NCBI GenBank assembly: GCA_951406725.2
Contig: OX597816.1
Location: 46,066,001 to 46,130,000, forward strand
Origin: Octopus vulgaris
Taxonomy: Eukaryota
Direction: 5' to 3'
DNA length: 64,000 nucleotides
In this document: one piece after another, positions 1-13,654 of the stretch
Layout: each line of letters begins with the position of its first letter
Position numbering within the stretch: the first letter of the stretch is position 1
Notes under the pieces: generated by a model
Told to the model about the DNA's origin: nothing
Seen by the model: the letters and a program-made list of their open reading frames with translations, nothing else
Databases searched by the model: none
Made by a program: the position numbers and the translations under genes

Positions 1-1628
1 GATGAAAATAATTCGGATAGCAAGTTTCAATCTTTGTTTTTGTTATTCTTTGAATTTTTCTTCGATTTACAATATTCAATAATTTTATAGCCTGCTCCAA
101 CATTTTAACGATTTATTTAGACCTTGAATAATAAACACGAGATTTAATTTTGTGAGAACAACAAAACAAAACGAAAAGAACGACGGTTGTTGTTGTGAAT
201 AGTTCTGATATGAGACCTTAGCAAAACACGATCCAAAACGTCTCCCCCTTCAAGCAAACATTACACGTACGATGTTATTTTTTTAAAGAAGGGATAAATG
301 GTTTCGTCATCGGACAATATTATGTCACTAGAATTTTGTAGTCACTCGACTGATTACAACCAATGTTGTAAGAGAAATAAATCGAAGGGTGATTTTTTTT
401 CCTTGAGTATAAACAAACAATTCAGTTACATAAACACGAGATAGACAGAGACAGGAAAAACGTGAAAAGGAAAAATAAAATGTGTCATTTAGCTTTTTTA
501 TAACAGCTTTTTGTTCTGTCCGAGAGTAGAGGGAGGTTTTACTCCTGCTCCCCACTACATCAACTGCCACGTGCATACATATGATCGGCAGAATAGGAAA
601 GGCCAAGACTGATGCCGAAATCAGCAGATAAATTAACCCCCCACACCATCATTGAACTACATCAGTAAGGCACACACCACAACCCTTGCTCTGCGATTAC
701 AGCTTATTTTCAAGGTACGATTAAATGCATTTGGAACAATCTACTCATCGCAAATAGGAACGTGTTTACTAATAAAATGAATAAATAAGACGAACAAGGA
801 CGGGTTTGTGTGCGTATATATACACATATATATATATAGATGCGCTAGTGATTTTGTGCGAATTTGTTATTGTACAACAATCAGGTCATAAACAACAATT
901 CGACGAAATTCTAAACAATATTTTTCTCTCCACATTTCGATTTAATTATTAGACTAGCTAGAAAAATTTATTTTATGACAATAAATGCTGTGTTTTCGTA
1001 GAAAAAAAAAAGAAAAGAATGTAGAGGGAATGAGAGAAAGAAATTGCTTAAAAATCAAAGACAGCTTCAACGACACCGACATGGCAGTCTCGAAGAGTCG
1101 GGAGGACACAGTGACACACAAAAATACAGACGGCTTGTTTATAAGGAGGGGGCAAAAAGCTGCGAATGATTGTACGTGTGTGTGTATGAGAAGTGGAACG
1201 AATAAATATAACGAAGACGACATCGACCATATATATATTTGGGATAGGGAGATATTTATCAGTCGTTCTAACTTAAAATAAACCGACCGAGATAAAAAGT
1301 TCACAACAGGGTTGTTTCATGTAAAACAATGTAATTAGATACACGTTCTGTTTAATACAAAAGCCATTTTAAAAATGTTTTAAGAAGACGGGAAATAATA
1401 AACGAACGAAAAAACAGTGAGATAACCAAAGTCGGCCTAATAATGTTTTCGCGGGAACTTAGGCTGTAGACATTTAATTTCAAAGTCAGACTGAGCGCAC
1501 CTTGGACAGTAGTCGACCTCCACAATACTTATAAAGACAACTCCAGTCCAAAACAGCAGCCACCATGTAATAACAGCGAACAGAAATTTGTACGGAATCT
1601 TTAAAGAAAGGCCATAACTAACAGATGA

Positions 1629-1775
1629 ACTTACCTAGCTTTCCTTATTTACAAAAATGAGAATGTTTTTCTTGACCTAATATTCTCTCGGAATGGTCCG
1701 AATCTCCTCCACCTCGCCGTGCCGCACTTACATTCACCATTCGATTTCACCGGAAGTTTGCAACGAGACCACGTG
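1629..1775 (-). promoter_or_regulatory. Candidate promoter and first exon of a minus-strand gene running off the left end
   Basis: ETS-type CCGGAAGT at 1750-1757 and E-box CACGTG at 1770-1775 in CpG-retaining unique DNA. Two minus-strand consensus donors: ATGGTGAAT|GTAAGT (1740-1726) and TAG|GTAAGT (1637-1629). Confidence 0.45.
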
Positions 1776-2724
1776 ATTACGCCCTTTCATTAGATACGAA
1801 ACACGCACTGCCTTAACTCCCTTCTCTCCAAATGAGCAACAATGTTCCACAACATCATCTGTTGTAGTTTTGTTCTTTTTTTCCTCTCTCTCTCTCTCTC
1901 TCTCTCACTTTCTCTATAATTGCATTCAACTTTTCAACTTCTTTCTCAAAATAAAATGACAAAATGCACATAGATATTATATGGTGTTATTTAAATTATT
2001 TATACCTAATTTTTCGTTCTACAGCATGATAATCTAGATAAACATAGTGGTTAATTATTTTGCAAAATAATTATTTTTTTAAAAATATTTAATTATATTG
2101 AAAACCATTTGATAATATGGATAGATTCGATAATATTACGAATTATAAAAATTATATGCAGTTCAAACAAACATTTTCGAAGAAGTGTTAGTGTTTTAAT
2201 TCAACAAGCTACTTTTAAATTTAAATTTAATAAAATTGTAAAGATGAGAGCTAATTTATTTATATATTTGTTACTGTCTTATTTCGGAGCAAAATAACTC
2301 TTTTAGCCCAATCAAAACCACCACAACATTCCATCTAAACGTTCTTATTATGTGACTTGAACTCGAAAATTAAAATACTGTTTACTTGCTTCAGGTAAAA
2401 GTTTTCTCTAATATTTATTAAGTTTTTGAAAAACGAAATTTACTTCATGTCACTCGCCCATTCTCTCCTGCATAGTTCAGTTGATAGAGAAACAGGCGTG
2501 AGTATTCTATCTTATTTGTGGACATATATTTATTCTCCTTTAAACTCGTTATAAACAAAATCTTATTTACGACATGCTTATATATAAATATATATGCTCA
2601 GTGTTTACATAGCGGGATGAGTTCTTTTGACCTCATATAATCAGCAGAAGTCAATACAAATACACGTGTATAATTTGTGCTGAAAGTTTTCAATTTTCAA
2701 CAGTAAACTAAAGGGTCTCTAAGC

Positions 2725-2880
2725 TAGTGGTTTTCAACCTTTTTAATATCCAGGCCACCCCCAAACCTCACTTTTTTGGAGGAGCCGCAATTATATTTAT
2801 AGAGGGAAGAGCGTCGAGGGCTGTCAGAAGGATGCATAAAGGCTGCTTAAAGCCTTGTAAGCCGCAGTTGAGAACTGCTG
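2725..2880. mobile_element. hAT (Charlie-like) MITE
   Basis: TIRs TAGTGGTTTTCAAC / GTTGAGAACTGCTG; 8-bp TSD CTCTAAGC (2717-2724) / CTGTAAGC (2881-2888). Confidence 0.65.
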
Positions 2881-3569
2881 CTGTAAGCAGTCGCTCGACC
2901 TGCTAGAAATAGCAGCTAAATTAGCCTGAAATCACACTTACTGAAAAGAAAAACAAATGACGCAATAGACAATATCAACACAAAACACTCTTTAAAATAG
3001 TGTGGTTAGCTGAAATGACCATCCAAACTGCTTTTATCAGTTGAGAAGGAAGCACCCGTAACTTTTACAGAACCTACGAGACAGAGAGAAGAGAGGTTTC
3101 AGCTTAGTGTAGATATGACCTGAATGCTTAGAACAGATAGGACTTTCACAAGGTGCCAAGACTTTGGTGTTATATCAAGAGATGGATTCAGTCCACCATG
3201 GTAAGATTTTAACAAAGAACACAAAATGTCTGAACAAGTACCTCCAGGCATCCAGTCCAATATCCATAGTCCCACCAATCAACCTCTCTTCATGTGTACT
3301 TTTTTATGGACTCTGAAAGGATGAATGGCAAAGCTGACCTCAGCACAATGACATAGGTAGATTGTGTGGGCCACCTGGGCAGCACTTGAGTTATACCTTC
3401 TCATCCCCTTGAGTTCTCTAAGCCTTATACAACAAACCCAAAAGTGCCACACCCTTAAAAGCATCACCCAGAGTGGACAACTCCCTCACCTCCTAACAGC
3501 TTTTCCAATGCACCTCCTAAAATGCATACCATAATTTAATTTAGTTTTTATTTAGCAGGGGTTGTATAT

Positions 3570-3782
3570 ACTCTTTTACTTGTTTCAGTCATTTGACTGC
3601 GGCCATGCTGGAGCACCGCCTTTAGTCGATCAAATCGACCCCGGGGCTTATTCTTTGTAAGCCGAGTACTTATTCTATCGGTCTCTTTTTGCCGAACCGC
3701 TAAGTGATGGGGACGTAAACACACCAGCATCGGTTGTCAAGCAATGCTAGGGGGACAAACACAGACACACAAACACACACAC

Positions 3783-3849
<67 letters not shown>

Positions 3850-4003
3850 TACGACAGGCTTCTTTCAGTTTCCGTCTACCAAATCCACTCACATGGCATT
3901 GGTCGGCCCGGGGCTATAGCAGAAGACACTTGCCCAAGATGCCACGCAGTGGGACTGAACCCGCAACCGTGTGGTTGGTTAGCAAGCTACTTACCACACA
4001 GCC
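3570..4003 (-). mobile_element. SINE family 1 (tRNA head, CORE-like segment, internal microsatellite)
   Basis: Minus strand: A box TGGCTGTGTGG, B box GGTTCAGTCC, CTTGGGCAAGTGTCTT segment, internal (TA)n/(TG)n, tail GAAACAAGTAAAAGAG; about 20 copies in the window. Confidence 0.9.
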
Positions 4004-4101
4004 ATCTGTAATTATATTCTAAAATTTGGCTCATAAATTTGTAATACACTCCTTTTTATATTTGTTTCAGTGTCTCATTCTTCGAGAAACAAAAGAGGGC
4101 A

Positions 4102-4152
4102 ACAGCTGTGCTGAAGGCACCTATTAAGGTAGAAACATGTATCAACAGCTGT
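4102..4152 (+). ncRNA. Degenerate hammerhead-like motif
   Basis: acagctgtg CTGAAGG c acct-atta-aggt a GAAAC ATGT ATC a acagctgt; helix I and II pair, core A9 is G. Confidence 0.4.
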
Positions 4153-4359
4153 CCTCTTGTCTCTAGACAGTCAAAAGTGTTTTTTCTACTTCTTTTTCAT
4201 TTGGAACTGATCCCATCTGCTACGAAGTTATTGTTTTACCTTCTCTGGAAGAAGAGCTAATTTCATTGAATCAGGAATTTATCTTGTAGAGTAATTTAAT
4301 ACACACACTGGCCATTCTGAGTTATTTCTCTCAATTAATTTTCATTTTATATACTCTCT

Positions 4360-4762
4360 CTCTTTTACTTGTTTCAGTCATCTGACTGCGGCCATGCCGG
4401 AGCACCGCCTTTAGTCAAGCAAATCGACCCCAGGACTTATACTTTGGCAGCCTAGTACTTATTCTATCGGTCTCTTTTGCCGAACCGCTAAGTTACGGGG
4501 AGGTAAACACACCACCATTGGTTGTCAAGCGATGTTGGGTGGACAAACACAGACACGCAAACATACACACACACACATATATATATATACATATATACGA
4601 CAGGTTTTTTTCAGTTTCCGTCTACCAAATCCACTCACAAGGTTCTGGTCGGCCCGAGGCTATAGTAGAAGACACTTGCCCAAGATGCCACGCAGTGGGA
4701 ATGTACCCAGATCCCAGTAGTTGGTAAGCAAGCTACTTACTACACAGCCACTCCTACGCCTA
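4360..4762 (-). mobile_element. SINE family 1
   Basis: Full-length copy similar to 3570-4003. Confidence 0.9.
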
Positions 4763-4778
4763 TATATATATAAATGTC

Positions 4779-5000
4779 ATCATCATCATCATCATTTCAC
4801 ATCCAGTTTCCATGCTGGCATGAGTTGGACAGCTGGACAGGAGCTGCCCAGGCTTCATGTCTGTTTTGGCATGGTTTTTATAGCTGGATGCCCTTCCTAA
4901 TGCCAAACACTTTACAGAGTGTACTGGGCACTTTTACACAGGACTGACATGGGTGCTCTTACATGGCACCAGCAAGGGTTCCTTTTACATGGCACCAGCA

Positions 5001-5052
<52 letters not shown>

Positions 5053-5367
5053 ATTAGGAAGGGCATGTAGCTGTAGAAACTCTGCCAGATCAAGATTGGA
5101 GCCTGGTGCAACCATCTAGTTCGCCAGTCCTCAGTCAAATCGTCATACCCATGCTAGCATGGAAAGCGGACGTTAAACAATGATGATATATATAAGTACA
5201 CTCCGTTAAGGCATCCATCCATAGAAACCAGGCCAAAACAAATAATAGAGTCGGGTGCAGTCCTCTGGCAAGCCAGTGGACTGCACCAAACTCTGTTGTC
5301 TGTTTGACTGCACTTTGTTAAACCATCCAACCCATGGCAGCATGGAAAGCATATACTAAATGATGAT
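4779..5367. mobile_element. Cluster of three RTE 3'-end fragments (4779-5000 -, 5055-5187 +, 5207-5367 +)
   Basis: TTAGGAAGGGCATCCAGC...CCCATGCTAGCATGGAAA...(GAT)n, similar to the 3' end of the RTE at 41831-43345. Confidence 0.8.
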
Positions 5368-6044
5368 ACAGCGTGGGTGTCTTTTAAGTGGCACCCGCAC
5401 TGCAATCAACTCTGCAGTGGAGGATGGGTTTTCTTGAATACAGCAAGGCCCCAGATATCTCATTCCTATAGCCATCTCTTTCATAACGTTCAGTGTATTG
5501 AGATCAACATTCAATAATTCAGCTCATAGTGCCACCTGCATGGTGTCCATGACCAAAGAGGAGATAACTACATCAAAATGCTTGCATCTCACGGTCTGGG
5601 TAGGTGGTGCTACCAGCTGATATAGGTGTATACACACCATTTGTCAACAAACGGATATATTTTCCATGACACAATGCAGTGAGTAGCTTGTTCACCTGTT
5701 CAAATGTGCCTCAAGCATATTCGGACTGATAATACCATTACTATTTTACTTATCACTGCTTAGCTCTCCCCTCTCTGTAATTCAATACTTTGTCTCACCC
5801 AGGTAACTTGTGAGATTCAAATGATCAGACACATATAGCCTCCTGCCATTTGTGTCAAGGAAGTTACCTATACAGCTAAGTGCTTTATAGGTGCAAAACC
5901 AACAGTCACTCTCTGACCAGGCGCAACAAACAGTCTTCTAGATATGTGTATATGTATGTATGTATATGTTTATGAATTTGTGTTGCAAGATTCTTGATAT
6001 GAAAGCGTGTGTTGAAACAGATATTGTATTTCAGGATACTCTCA

Positions 6045-6442
6045 TTTTACTCCTTTACTTGTTTCAGTCATTTGACTGTGGCCATGCTGGAGCACCGCTT
6101 TTAGTTGAGCAAATCAACCCCAGGACTTATTCTTTGGAAGCCTAGTACTTATTCTATCGGTCTCTTTGCTGAACCGCTATGTTACGGGGACATAAACACA
6201 GCAGTATCGGTTGTGAAGTGATGTTGGGGGGACAAACACAGACACACAAACATATACACAAACATACATATATATATACATATATACGACGGGCTTCTTT
6301 CAGTTTCCGTCTGCCAAATCTACTCACATAGCTTTGGTTGGCCCGAGGCTATAGTAGAAGACACTTGTCCAAGTTGCCATGCAGTCGGACTGAATCCGGA
6401 ACCATGTGGTTGGTAAGCAAGCTACTTATCACACAGCCACTC
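6045..6442 (-). mobile_element. SINE family 1
   Basis: Full-length copy. Confidence 0.9.
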
Positions 6443-6760
6443 TTTTTTTTTTTTTTTTCCCAAATAGATACATGGATTATATATTCATTCTTCATTCATT
6501 TACTATTGTTCTTATTTTAACTCATGTCCATTGGCCGGAAATCTTTTGTCACACATCTGTGACCTCTCCAGTGACCATTTCCATTTTCAAATGTGCTCCT
6601 GCTCAACTTAGTCCATTTCTGGCCAATGTACATGAGTTAAAATAAGAACAGTAATAAACGAGTGAAGAATGAATATGTAGTGCATGTGCTTATTTCGAAA
6701 AAAAAAAATGACCATCCCAAAAGACATGTATATATATGTGTGTATGTATGTGTGTGTGTG

Positions 6761-6803
<43 letters not shown>

Positions 6804-6877
6804 ATACAAATATTCTTTTAAAAAAACTTTTCTTTTAATTTTTCTAAATTTAATTTTTTAATTGTTACAGTTGAAAA

Positions 6878-6914
6878 CAGTTGAAAAGGTCTCAAAAGAC
6901 CAAAACCAGTACTG
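6878..6914 (+). ncRNA. Degenerate hammerhead-like motif in an island between (TA)n tracts
   Basis: cag TTGAAAA ggtct-caaa-agacc AAAAC CA GTA ctg; helices I and II intact, core differs from CTGAAGA/GAAAC only by C>T and G>A changes. Confidence 0.5.
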
Positions 6915-6964
6915 AAATGTTCTTATAAAATTATTTTAGCATTTTCTATCTTGACTTGTTTTTA

Positions 6965-7022
<58 letters not shown>

Positions 7023-7144
7023 CATATATGTATATATATGCATATATATACATATATGTATGTATATATATTCATATATACATATATGTATATATACATA
7101 TGCGTGTATATATATGTATGTCTACATGTATGTGTGTGTGTGTG

Positions 7145-7193
<49 letters not shown>

Positions 7194-7219
7194 TAGATAG
7201 ATAGATATAAACACATATC

Positions 7220-7250
<31 letters not shown>

Positions 7251-7532
7251 ATGTATGTATATATGTACATATGTATGTTTGTATATTTATATACATATAT
7301 TTAAAGGTAAGATCCAGGGATCCAAGTGTAGGAAGTTAGTAAGCTTCAAGTAGTTCATGGCAGGTAGTGAAAACAAAATGTGCATTGTGGATGCTCAGGA
7401 ACAATAACAATTTATTGGCATTGAAGGTTATACATTTTTTCCCATATCAAAATTCAAAGGAAATTTGATAAGCTGAAAATTTCTGTTTAGCTCATGGTTA
7501 GCAACTAGAGTTGCAAAGAAAGCAAATAAAAG

Positions 7533-8106
7533 TCCAAATTGAGGAAGTAGAGCAGGTAAAATTTAGGCTACATATGTTTCTTAGCTAGCTGATTCTCTGA
7601 TGTACTAATTATTCAATGAGAGGTGCTCAGCTAAGCTAGTCAGCAAGCCAGGAATACCTTAATTCAAGAAGGTTGCATTGTTTGGAAATTCAAAGTTAAC
7701 ATATCACAGATCTGAATTAAACTGAGTAATAAATCTGGAAGAGCAAAATATATTTTCTTTACTTTGTGATCTCTTTATTTTCTCCATTTTGCATGTGGGA
7801 GTGTTTGAGTGAACACATCTGTCAATGCACACCTTACTCCTTGTTTGTTCTATTTCTTCAAACCTTTCTTTTTATTTTTATTTTGTTCTTCCAGCTTCAC
7901 CACTCATTTTAACTCAGATCTGTGGTGAGTTAACTTGCAATTCCTGAACAACAATGCAACCGTCATGCAATTGCAATTAAGGTATTCTCTGCTTGGTGAA
8001 TAGCTTGGCCGAGTACTCCTCATTGAATAATTATAATATCAGAGGATCAGCAAGCTGAGAAACATATGTAGCCTTAATTTTACCTGATCCACTTGCTCAG
8101 TTTGGA
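7533..8106. repeat. Inverted repeat, arms 7533-7750 and 7879-8106, each with a decayed hammerhead
   Basis: Arms align by eye at roughly 80%; right arm reads gc TTGGTGA a tagctt...aagctg a GAAAC ATAT GTA gcc (7991-8073). Confidence 0.75.
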
Positions 8107-8403
8107 AAAGATGAAGACAGGTGAGGGAACAACAAGTAGGATTTATTTAGTAAATAAATAAATAAATTGACATAATATAATGTCTAAAAGTTGATGAACT
8201 ACCTATTGATCCACTCCATTTTCTTATTGCTCTATAAATTAATGGTAAAATATCTCTTTACCCTCACACATCTAGTACACTCGGTAATGTAATTGCAATG
8301 CAATAAAAAACACGTGTGTATTAATAATTGGGTATTCTACCAGCAGTGTATTGGATAGATATTATCCCTTAGTTGGTTGGATTCACAACCTCTAACTTTC
8401 TTG

Positions 8404-8458
<55 letters not shown>

Positions 8459-8467
8459 CATACATAT

Positions 8468-8706
8468 AAAGGGTGAAATATAATTAATTTAATAAAATTA
8501 ATAAATTTCACCTAGTAGTTTTTTCGGTATGGAAAGGACCATATTCAGTAAAAATTATATAATTATATATATATGTGTGGTAAAGTTAATTATTTTACTG
8601 AACCCTAATTATATAACGTAATGTTTTAAATATACCGTAAATGGTCTTTTTACATACTGAACACTACTTGGTAAAATTGATAGTTAATAATTAATTTTAC
8701 CCTTTT
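8468..8706. repeat. Diverged inverted repeat between (TA)n tracts
   Basis: AAAGGGTGAAAT...GGAAAGGACCAT versus ATGGTCTTTTTAC...AATTTTACCCTTT. Confidence 0.55.
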
Positions 8707-8953
8707 ATTATTGACAATATATATATATATATAATAAACCTTTACATAAATAAATAACGTGAAATACATGAAGGGATGAACATAAGAGACAGACGGGTCA
8801 TTCAAAGCCTTCATTCTTCAGTCAGAAACCGATTCCTCATCGCAGATTTCGGCTGTTTAATTCTGAGATCCGCTCTAAATCGGCCAGCCCCAGAAGGAAA
8901 GAATGCAACGCAATAGAGACGAACATGAAACAAAATATATATATATACATACA

Positions 8954-8985
<32 letters not shown>

Positions 8986-9507
8986 CACACACACATATAT
9001 ACATAAATACATACATACACATATGCATACATTTTTTATGGGATTACTTGTTTACATCATAAATTCTATTTCGGTTCTCATCTGGAGTGAACCTGGTCAC
9101 ATCTATGAAAGGGAAAATACCTTCTAGTTGTTTTTGATGAAATGATGAAGTAATATAATTGGTGGAGAAGGTGATTTGGTTATTCTGTCATGGCAATCCT
9201 GTAACATGACATTATCTCTTATGCAAGGTCCAAGATGGCCTAAGCAGAATAGATAAACCACCAATTTCTCAATTAATTAGGCCACTCTAACTCACTACTT
9301 CACTAACCTTCCATATTTTACCCTTAGATGCAACAACAGATGAAGTTCCAAATGTGAACTGAAACAGAATTAATTCTGTAAACAAGTTACTTGATAAAGA
9401 ATATAGATGGTCAACTTTCTGAATTCACTGAGATCAACTTTTCAGAGACGATAAAATAAGTACCAGTTGAGCCCCACAATTGTAGATCTGGAATCAAAAT
9501 TTGAAAC

Positions 9508-9660
9508 CATTATTATTATTATTATTATTCATCATTAGTAGTAGTAGTAGTAGTAGTGGTAGCAGCAGCAGCAGCAGCTGTAGCAGCAGCAGCAGCAGCA
9601 GTAGCAGTAGTAGTAGTAGTAGTAGCAGTGGTGATGGTGGTGGTGGTAGTAGTAGTAGTA
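9508..9660. repeat. Compound trinucleotide microsatellite (ATT/TAG/CAG/TGG)
   Basis: Direct reading; explains the poly-T/poly-A ORF 9525-9839. Confidence 0.95.
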
Positions 9661-10236
9661 AAGCAGTGAGCTGGTAGAGTTGTTAGCATGTTGGCCATCA
9701 TGATTAGCAGCATTTCATTCGTCTTTACATTCAGAGTCAAAATTCTACCAAGGTCAACTTTGCCTGAATCCTTTTGGGTTTGATGAAATGAGTACCAGTT
9801 GAGCACTGGGGTCAATGTAATCAAATAGTTTCTGAGCATTAAGTGCCAGGCCCTTCTTCTATAAGCTGTATATAAAAACTGCTGACATGATGGTCCATAG
9901 GGCTTCTGGAATATGAGTTAACAGATTACAGTCATTAGCACAACGAACTGTTCAGATGTGAAGTTGGTGAAGAGCATGCAACTTTCTCATGTTGGAAAGT
10001 TTCCTACTAAACCAGAAGTTAAAACTGACTTCTGCCCTGCTTACCATAATTTTGCATAAACATTATGGCCACATGAAATTTCACTCACAAATCACTGATC
10101 AAAGTAGGGCTATTGTTGAAGAAAGTTGCCCAAGGTACCAAGGGATAGAATTGAAAACGGAATCGTATAGTTGCAAAGTGAAGTGAACTTGTTAATATCC
10201 CAATAACACACACAAACACACACACATACACACGCA

Positions 10237-10268
<32 letters not shown>

Positions 10269-10914
10269 TAAATACAGTTCCAAGACATACAATTTAACTT
10301 GAAAAACAACATAGCATGAAAAATCTTTTTTAAAAAAATTATTAACTTATATATCTGTTTTAATAAATGGTTTGTACGTATTTTCACATGTATTTTATTC
10401 GATTTTATACTTGAGTATTTGTTTTTAGATTTCAAAAAAAAGAAATTTTTTCTTTTAAATATGTTTGCTGAGATGAATGTTAAGTCAGATAAATCGACTG
10501 ATGTTGATGTTTATTTTTACCATTAATTTCTTAAGACAAGAAAAAGACAAGATTCAAAAAGTCATAACTTGAAATGGCATAAGTTGAGGTATACCTAGAC
10601 ATATATATATATACATGTATGCTATGTAAATAAGTCTTAAATTTAGATCATAAATTTTTTTCATTTTCCCTCGCTCTCTTAATTTCTTTTTCTTCCTCTT
10701 TGATAAAGAATGTAAATTGAACACCAAATTCTTTCCTGTTTCTTTCTTTGATTTATTCAGTTTCACTGTACACTTCTTTGATTGGTGTTTTTTCACTTCA
10801 TATTTCAACGCCTTTTCACACATGTGCTTCAGTTTGTCTGACTTAATGTAATATTTGCTTATTTGTCTTCTCTTAGCTTCATTATCTTATGTTATTTTAT
10901 CTGTCTAGTTATCA

Positions 10915-10958
<44 letters not shown>

Positions 10959-10961
<3 letters not shown>

Positions 10962-11121
10962 CGTAGGAGTGGCTGTGTGGTAAGTAGCTTGCTTAACAAC
11001 CACATGGTTCCGGGTTCAGTCTCACTGCGTAGGATCTTGGGCAAGTGTCTTCTGCTATAGCTTCGGGCCGACCAATGCCTTGTGAGTGGATTTGGTAGAA
11101 GGAAACTGAAAGAAGCCTGTC

Positions 11122-11156
<35 letters not shown>

Positions 11157-11356
11157 TGTGTGTGTTTGTGTGTCTGTGTTTGTCCCCCTAGCTGGTGTGT
11201 TTACGTCCCCGTCACTTAGCGGTTCAGCAAAAGAGACCGATAGAATAAGTACTGGGCTCACAAAGAATAAGTCCCGGGGTCGATTTGTTCGACTAATGAC
11301 GGTGCTCCAGCATGACCGCAGTCAAATGACTGAAACAAGTAAAAGACTAAAAAGAG
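10959..11356 (+). mobile_element. SINE family 1
   Basis: GGCGTAGGAGTGGCTGTGTGG head directly after (TA)n; AAAAGA tail. Confidence 0.9.
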
Positions 11357-11659
11357 ATACATAGATACAAGTAGCACACAACACAGTCTTAATAACAATT
11401 TGACTTCGCTTTAATGTGTATGGAGCTGAGTCAAACACTTAGTAAAACAAACAGCATGCTATACAAGCTTATCTGACTGCTGGATTGTCAGAGCATGAAA
11501 CTTACAATAGCACACATTTAAATCCTGCGTTTATTAAATGATAATTATTTCTCACTAGATGGAGTACATTTTTGTTGCTTCCACCCATAACGGAACATCA
11601 CAAACACACACACACTATATATATATAAATATATGTATATGCAGTATATGCATATACAC

Positions 11660-11697
<38 letters not shown>

Positions 11698-11701
11698 CAA
11701 T

Positions 11702-12026
11702 AGGAGCAGTCCGTCGGTTATGACGACGAGGGTCCCAGCTGATACAATCAACAGAACAGCTTGCTCATGAAATAAGCGCGCAAGTGGCCGAGCACTCCAC
11801 AGACATGTGCACCCTTAACATAGTTCTCAGGGAGATTCAGTGTCACACAGAGTGTGACAAGGCTGGCCCTTTCAATACAAGTTCTACTCATTTTTGCCAG
11901 CTGAGTGTACAGGAGCAAAATGAAATAAAGTGTCTTGCCCAAGGACACAATGCATCGCCAGGAATTGAACTTACAACCTCACAATCATGGGCCGAATGCC
12001 CTATCCACTAAGCCATGCACCTTCAC
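11702..12026 (-). mobile_element. SINE family 4 (tRNA head plus CORE-like segment); other copies 14500-14748 (-) and 22730-23060 (+, decayed)
   Basis: Minus strand TGGCTTAGTGG A box, AGTTCAATTCC B box, TCCTTGGGCAAGACACTT segment. Confidence 0.75.
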
Positions 12027-12041
12027 ATAAATATATATATA

Positions 12042-12420
12042 GATGTGGTGTGAAAAAGAGACGACTGCACTGTATGGTCATGTGGTGAGAATGGATGAGG
12101 ATAGCTGTGCGAAAAGGTGCCACACCCTAGCGGTTAAGGGAACCTGTGGAAGAGGTAGATCCAGGAAGACCTGGGATGAAGTGGTGAAGCATGACCTTTG
12201 AACATTAAGCCTCACTAAGGCAATGACTAGTGACCGAGACCTTTGGAAATATGCTGTGCTTGAGAAGACCCGGCAAGCTAAGTGAGACCATATGCCAGGG
12301 GTGTAACCAGCCCATTTATGCATACCTTTTCCTTCATTGGACACTAAACTCTTCTTGCGAAGACCTGTTGAGGCAAGGGAAATCGAAATCAAATTCAATG
12401 ACAGCATCGCATGACTGGCA
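12042..12420 (+). mobile_element. Older RTE fragment (ORF C-terminus and start of 3'UTR)
   Basis: Similar to 42480-42850 (YGHVVRMDEDSC...[10 protein letters not shown]); starts right after a (TA)n tract. Confidence 0.85.
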
Positions 12421-12611
12421 TTGAAATTGATTCAATATAGAAATAACAAACTTTTTTGAAAAAATTCTGTTGACTAGCTTCCCTGATTTCAGCACAACGT
12501 GTATTTATAGTGAGTGTATAATGATATGTGGAAATTGATGATTTAAAAGTCTGTTATCAGCATGTTGGCATGGAAATAATTTTTCTTTTGCCCTTGTTTA
12601 TAAGTTGTATA

Positions 12612-12815
12612 TATCCTTGTGTTATTTGTCCTGTACTCTATCTTTTCGTTGTTTAAGAAAAATGTCCAGTTCCTTGGTTTTGTGTTTATGTTTTCGTTTC
12701 TCACTGTGTTCGACATTTTTTTGGTGTCCTGTACCCATATATGCATGTATATATACATGTAGAGGTAGGTACATACATATATGTATATATGCATATGTTT
12801 TATTTATTAATTTAT
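12612..12815 (+). repeat. Dispersed repeat, second copy inverted at ~56140-56345
   Basis: TGTCCTGTACTCTA...GTAGAGGTAGGTAC...GTTTTATTTATT shared; both copies abut microsatellites. Confidence 0.8.
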
Positions 12816-13654
12816 TATATATACATATATATATATACACACATAAATACATTTATACACATACACAAATACACATAAACACAGATACACACACACACAC
12901 ACATACTCATACCACACACATATACTTGGTAGTATATTATAGTTATAAAATGAAATACTGAGTCCTTGCTAACAATTTATATATATATATGTATGCACAC
13001 GAACACACACACACACACACACATTCACACACACACACTTACATAGATACACACACACACTACGCGTGTATCACTTTCTGTAGAAATAAAATGTATCAGC
13101 TTGAATATATTTGCAAAACAAATGATAAAGTTAAATAACAAACGACATGAAGGAACCCACCACTAAAATATCAGATACACGCCTAGAATAAAGAAATCAA
13201 ACTAGACTAAGAGCTGTTTTGTGTTATTGGAGACACAATGTCCAGTCAACCAATTCATTCATTCTAACTTTCATTAACACATTAACTGTTTGTCATTCTC
13301 ATGTCAAAAGCTATCAGTTTGAAATTTGAGAACTTTCATGACAAAATACTCATCTCTAATGATTGAACCTTATAGAAAGTACAACTTTATAGATGCAAAG
13401 ATTATAGCTTTGAATTCAAATTTGACAAATATCCAGAGACAAATATATTTATAAGAACAAATATAAAAATCTTTCACTAAATATGAAAAAAAAAAAAGAT
13501 TTGTTAACTCTTCTATGACTAGATTTGTAATAAAGTAGTGTGCTTTTGAGTTAATAATAATTAATTTCCAATATAATCAAGACTGTAGAAAGGCTTAGGA
13601 AAATATCTGTGACACTATATATTGGTATACATCAAGATGCAGGTGTGAATCATT

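Noticed and set aside
8790-8870. Minus-strand CTGAAGA with nearby GAAA and GTC
   Set aside because: I could not assemble helices and a GAAA in the right order; possibly a pLTR remnant but not a supportable hammerhead.
10554-10823. Lys-rich 89-aa ORF
   Set aside because: Explained by T-rich composition; no recognisable homology.
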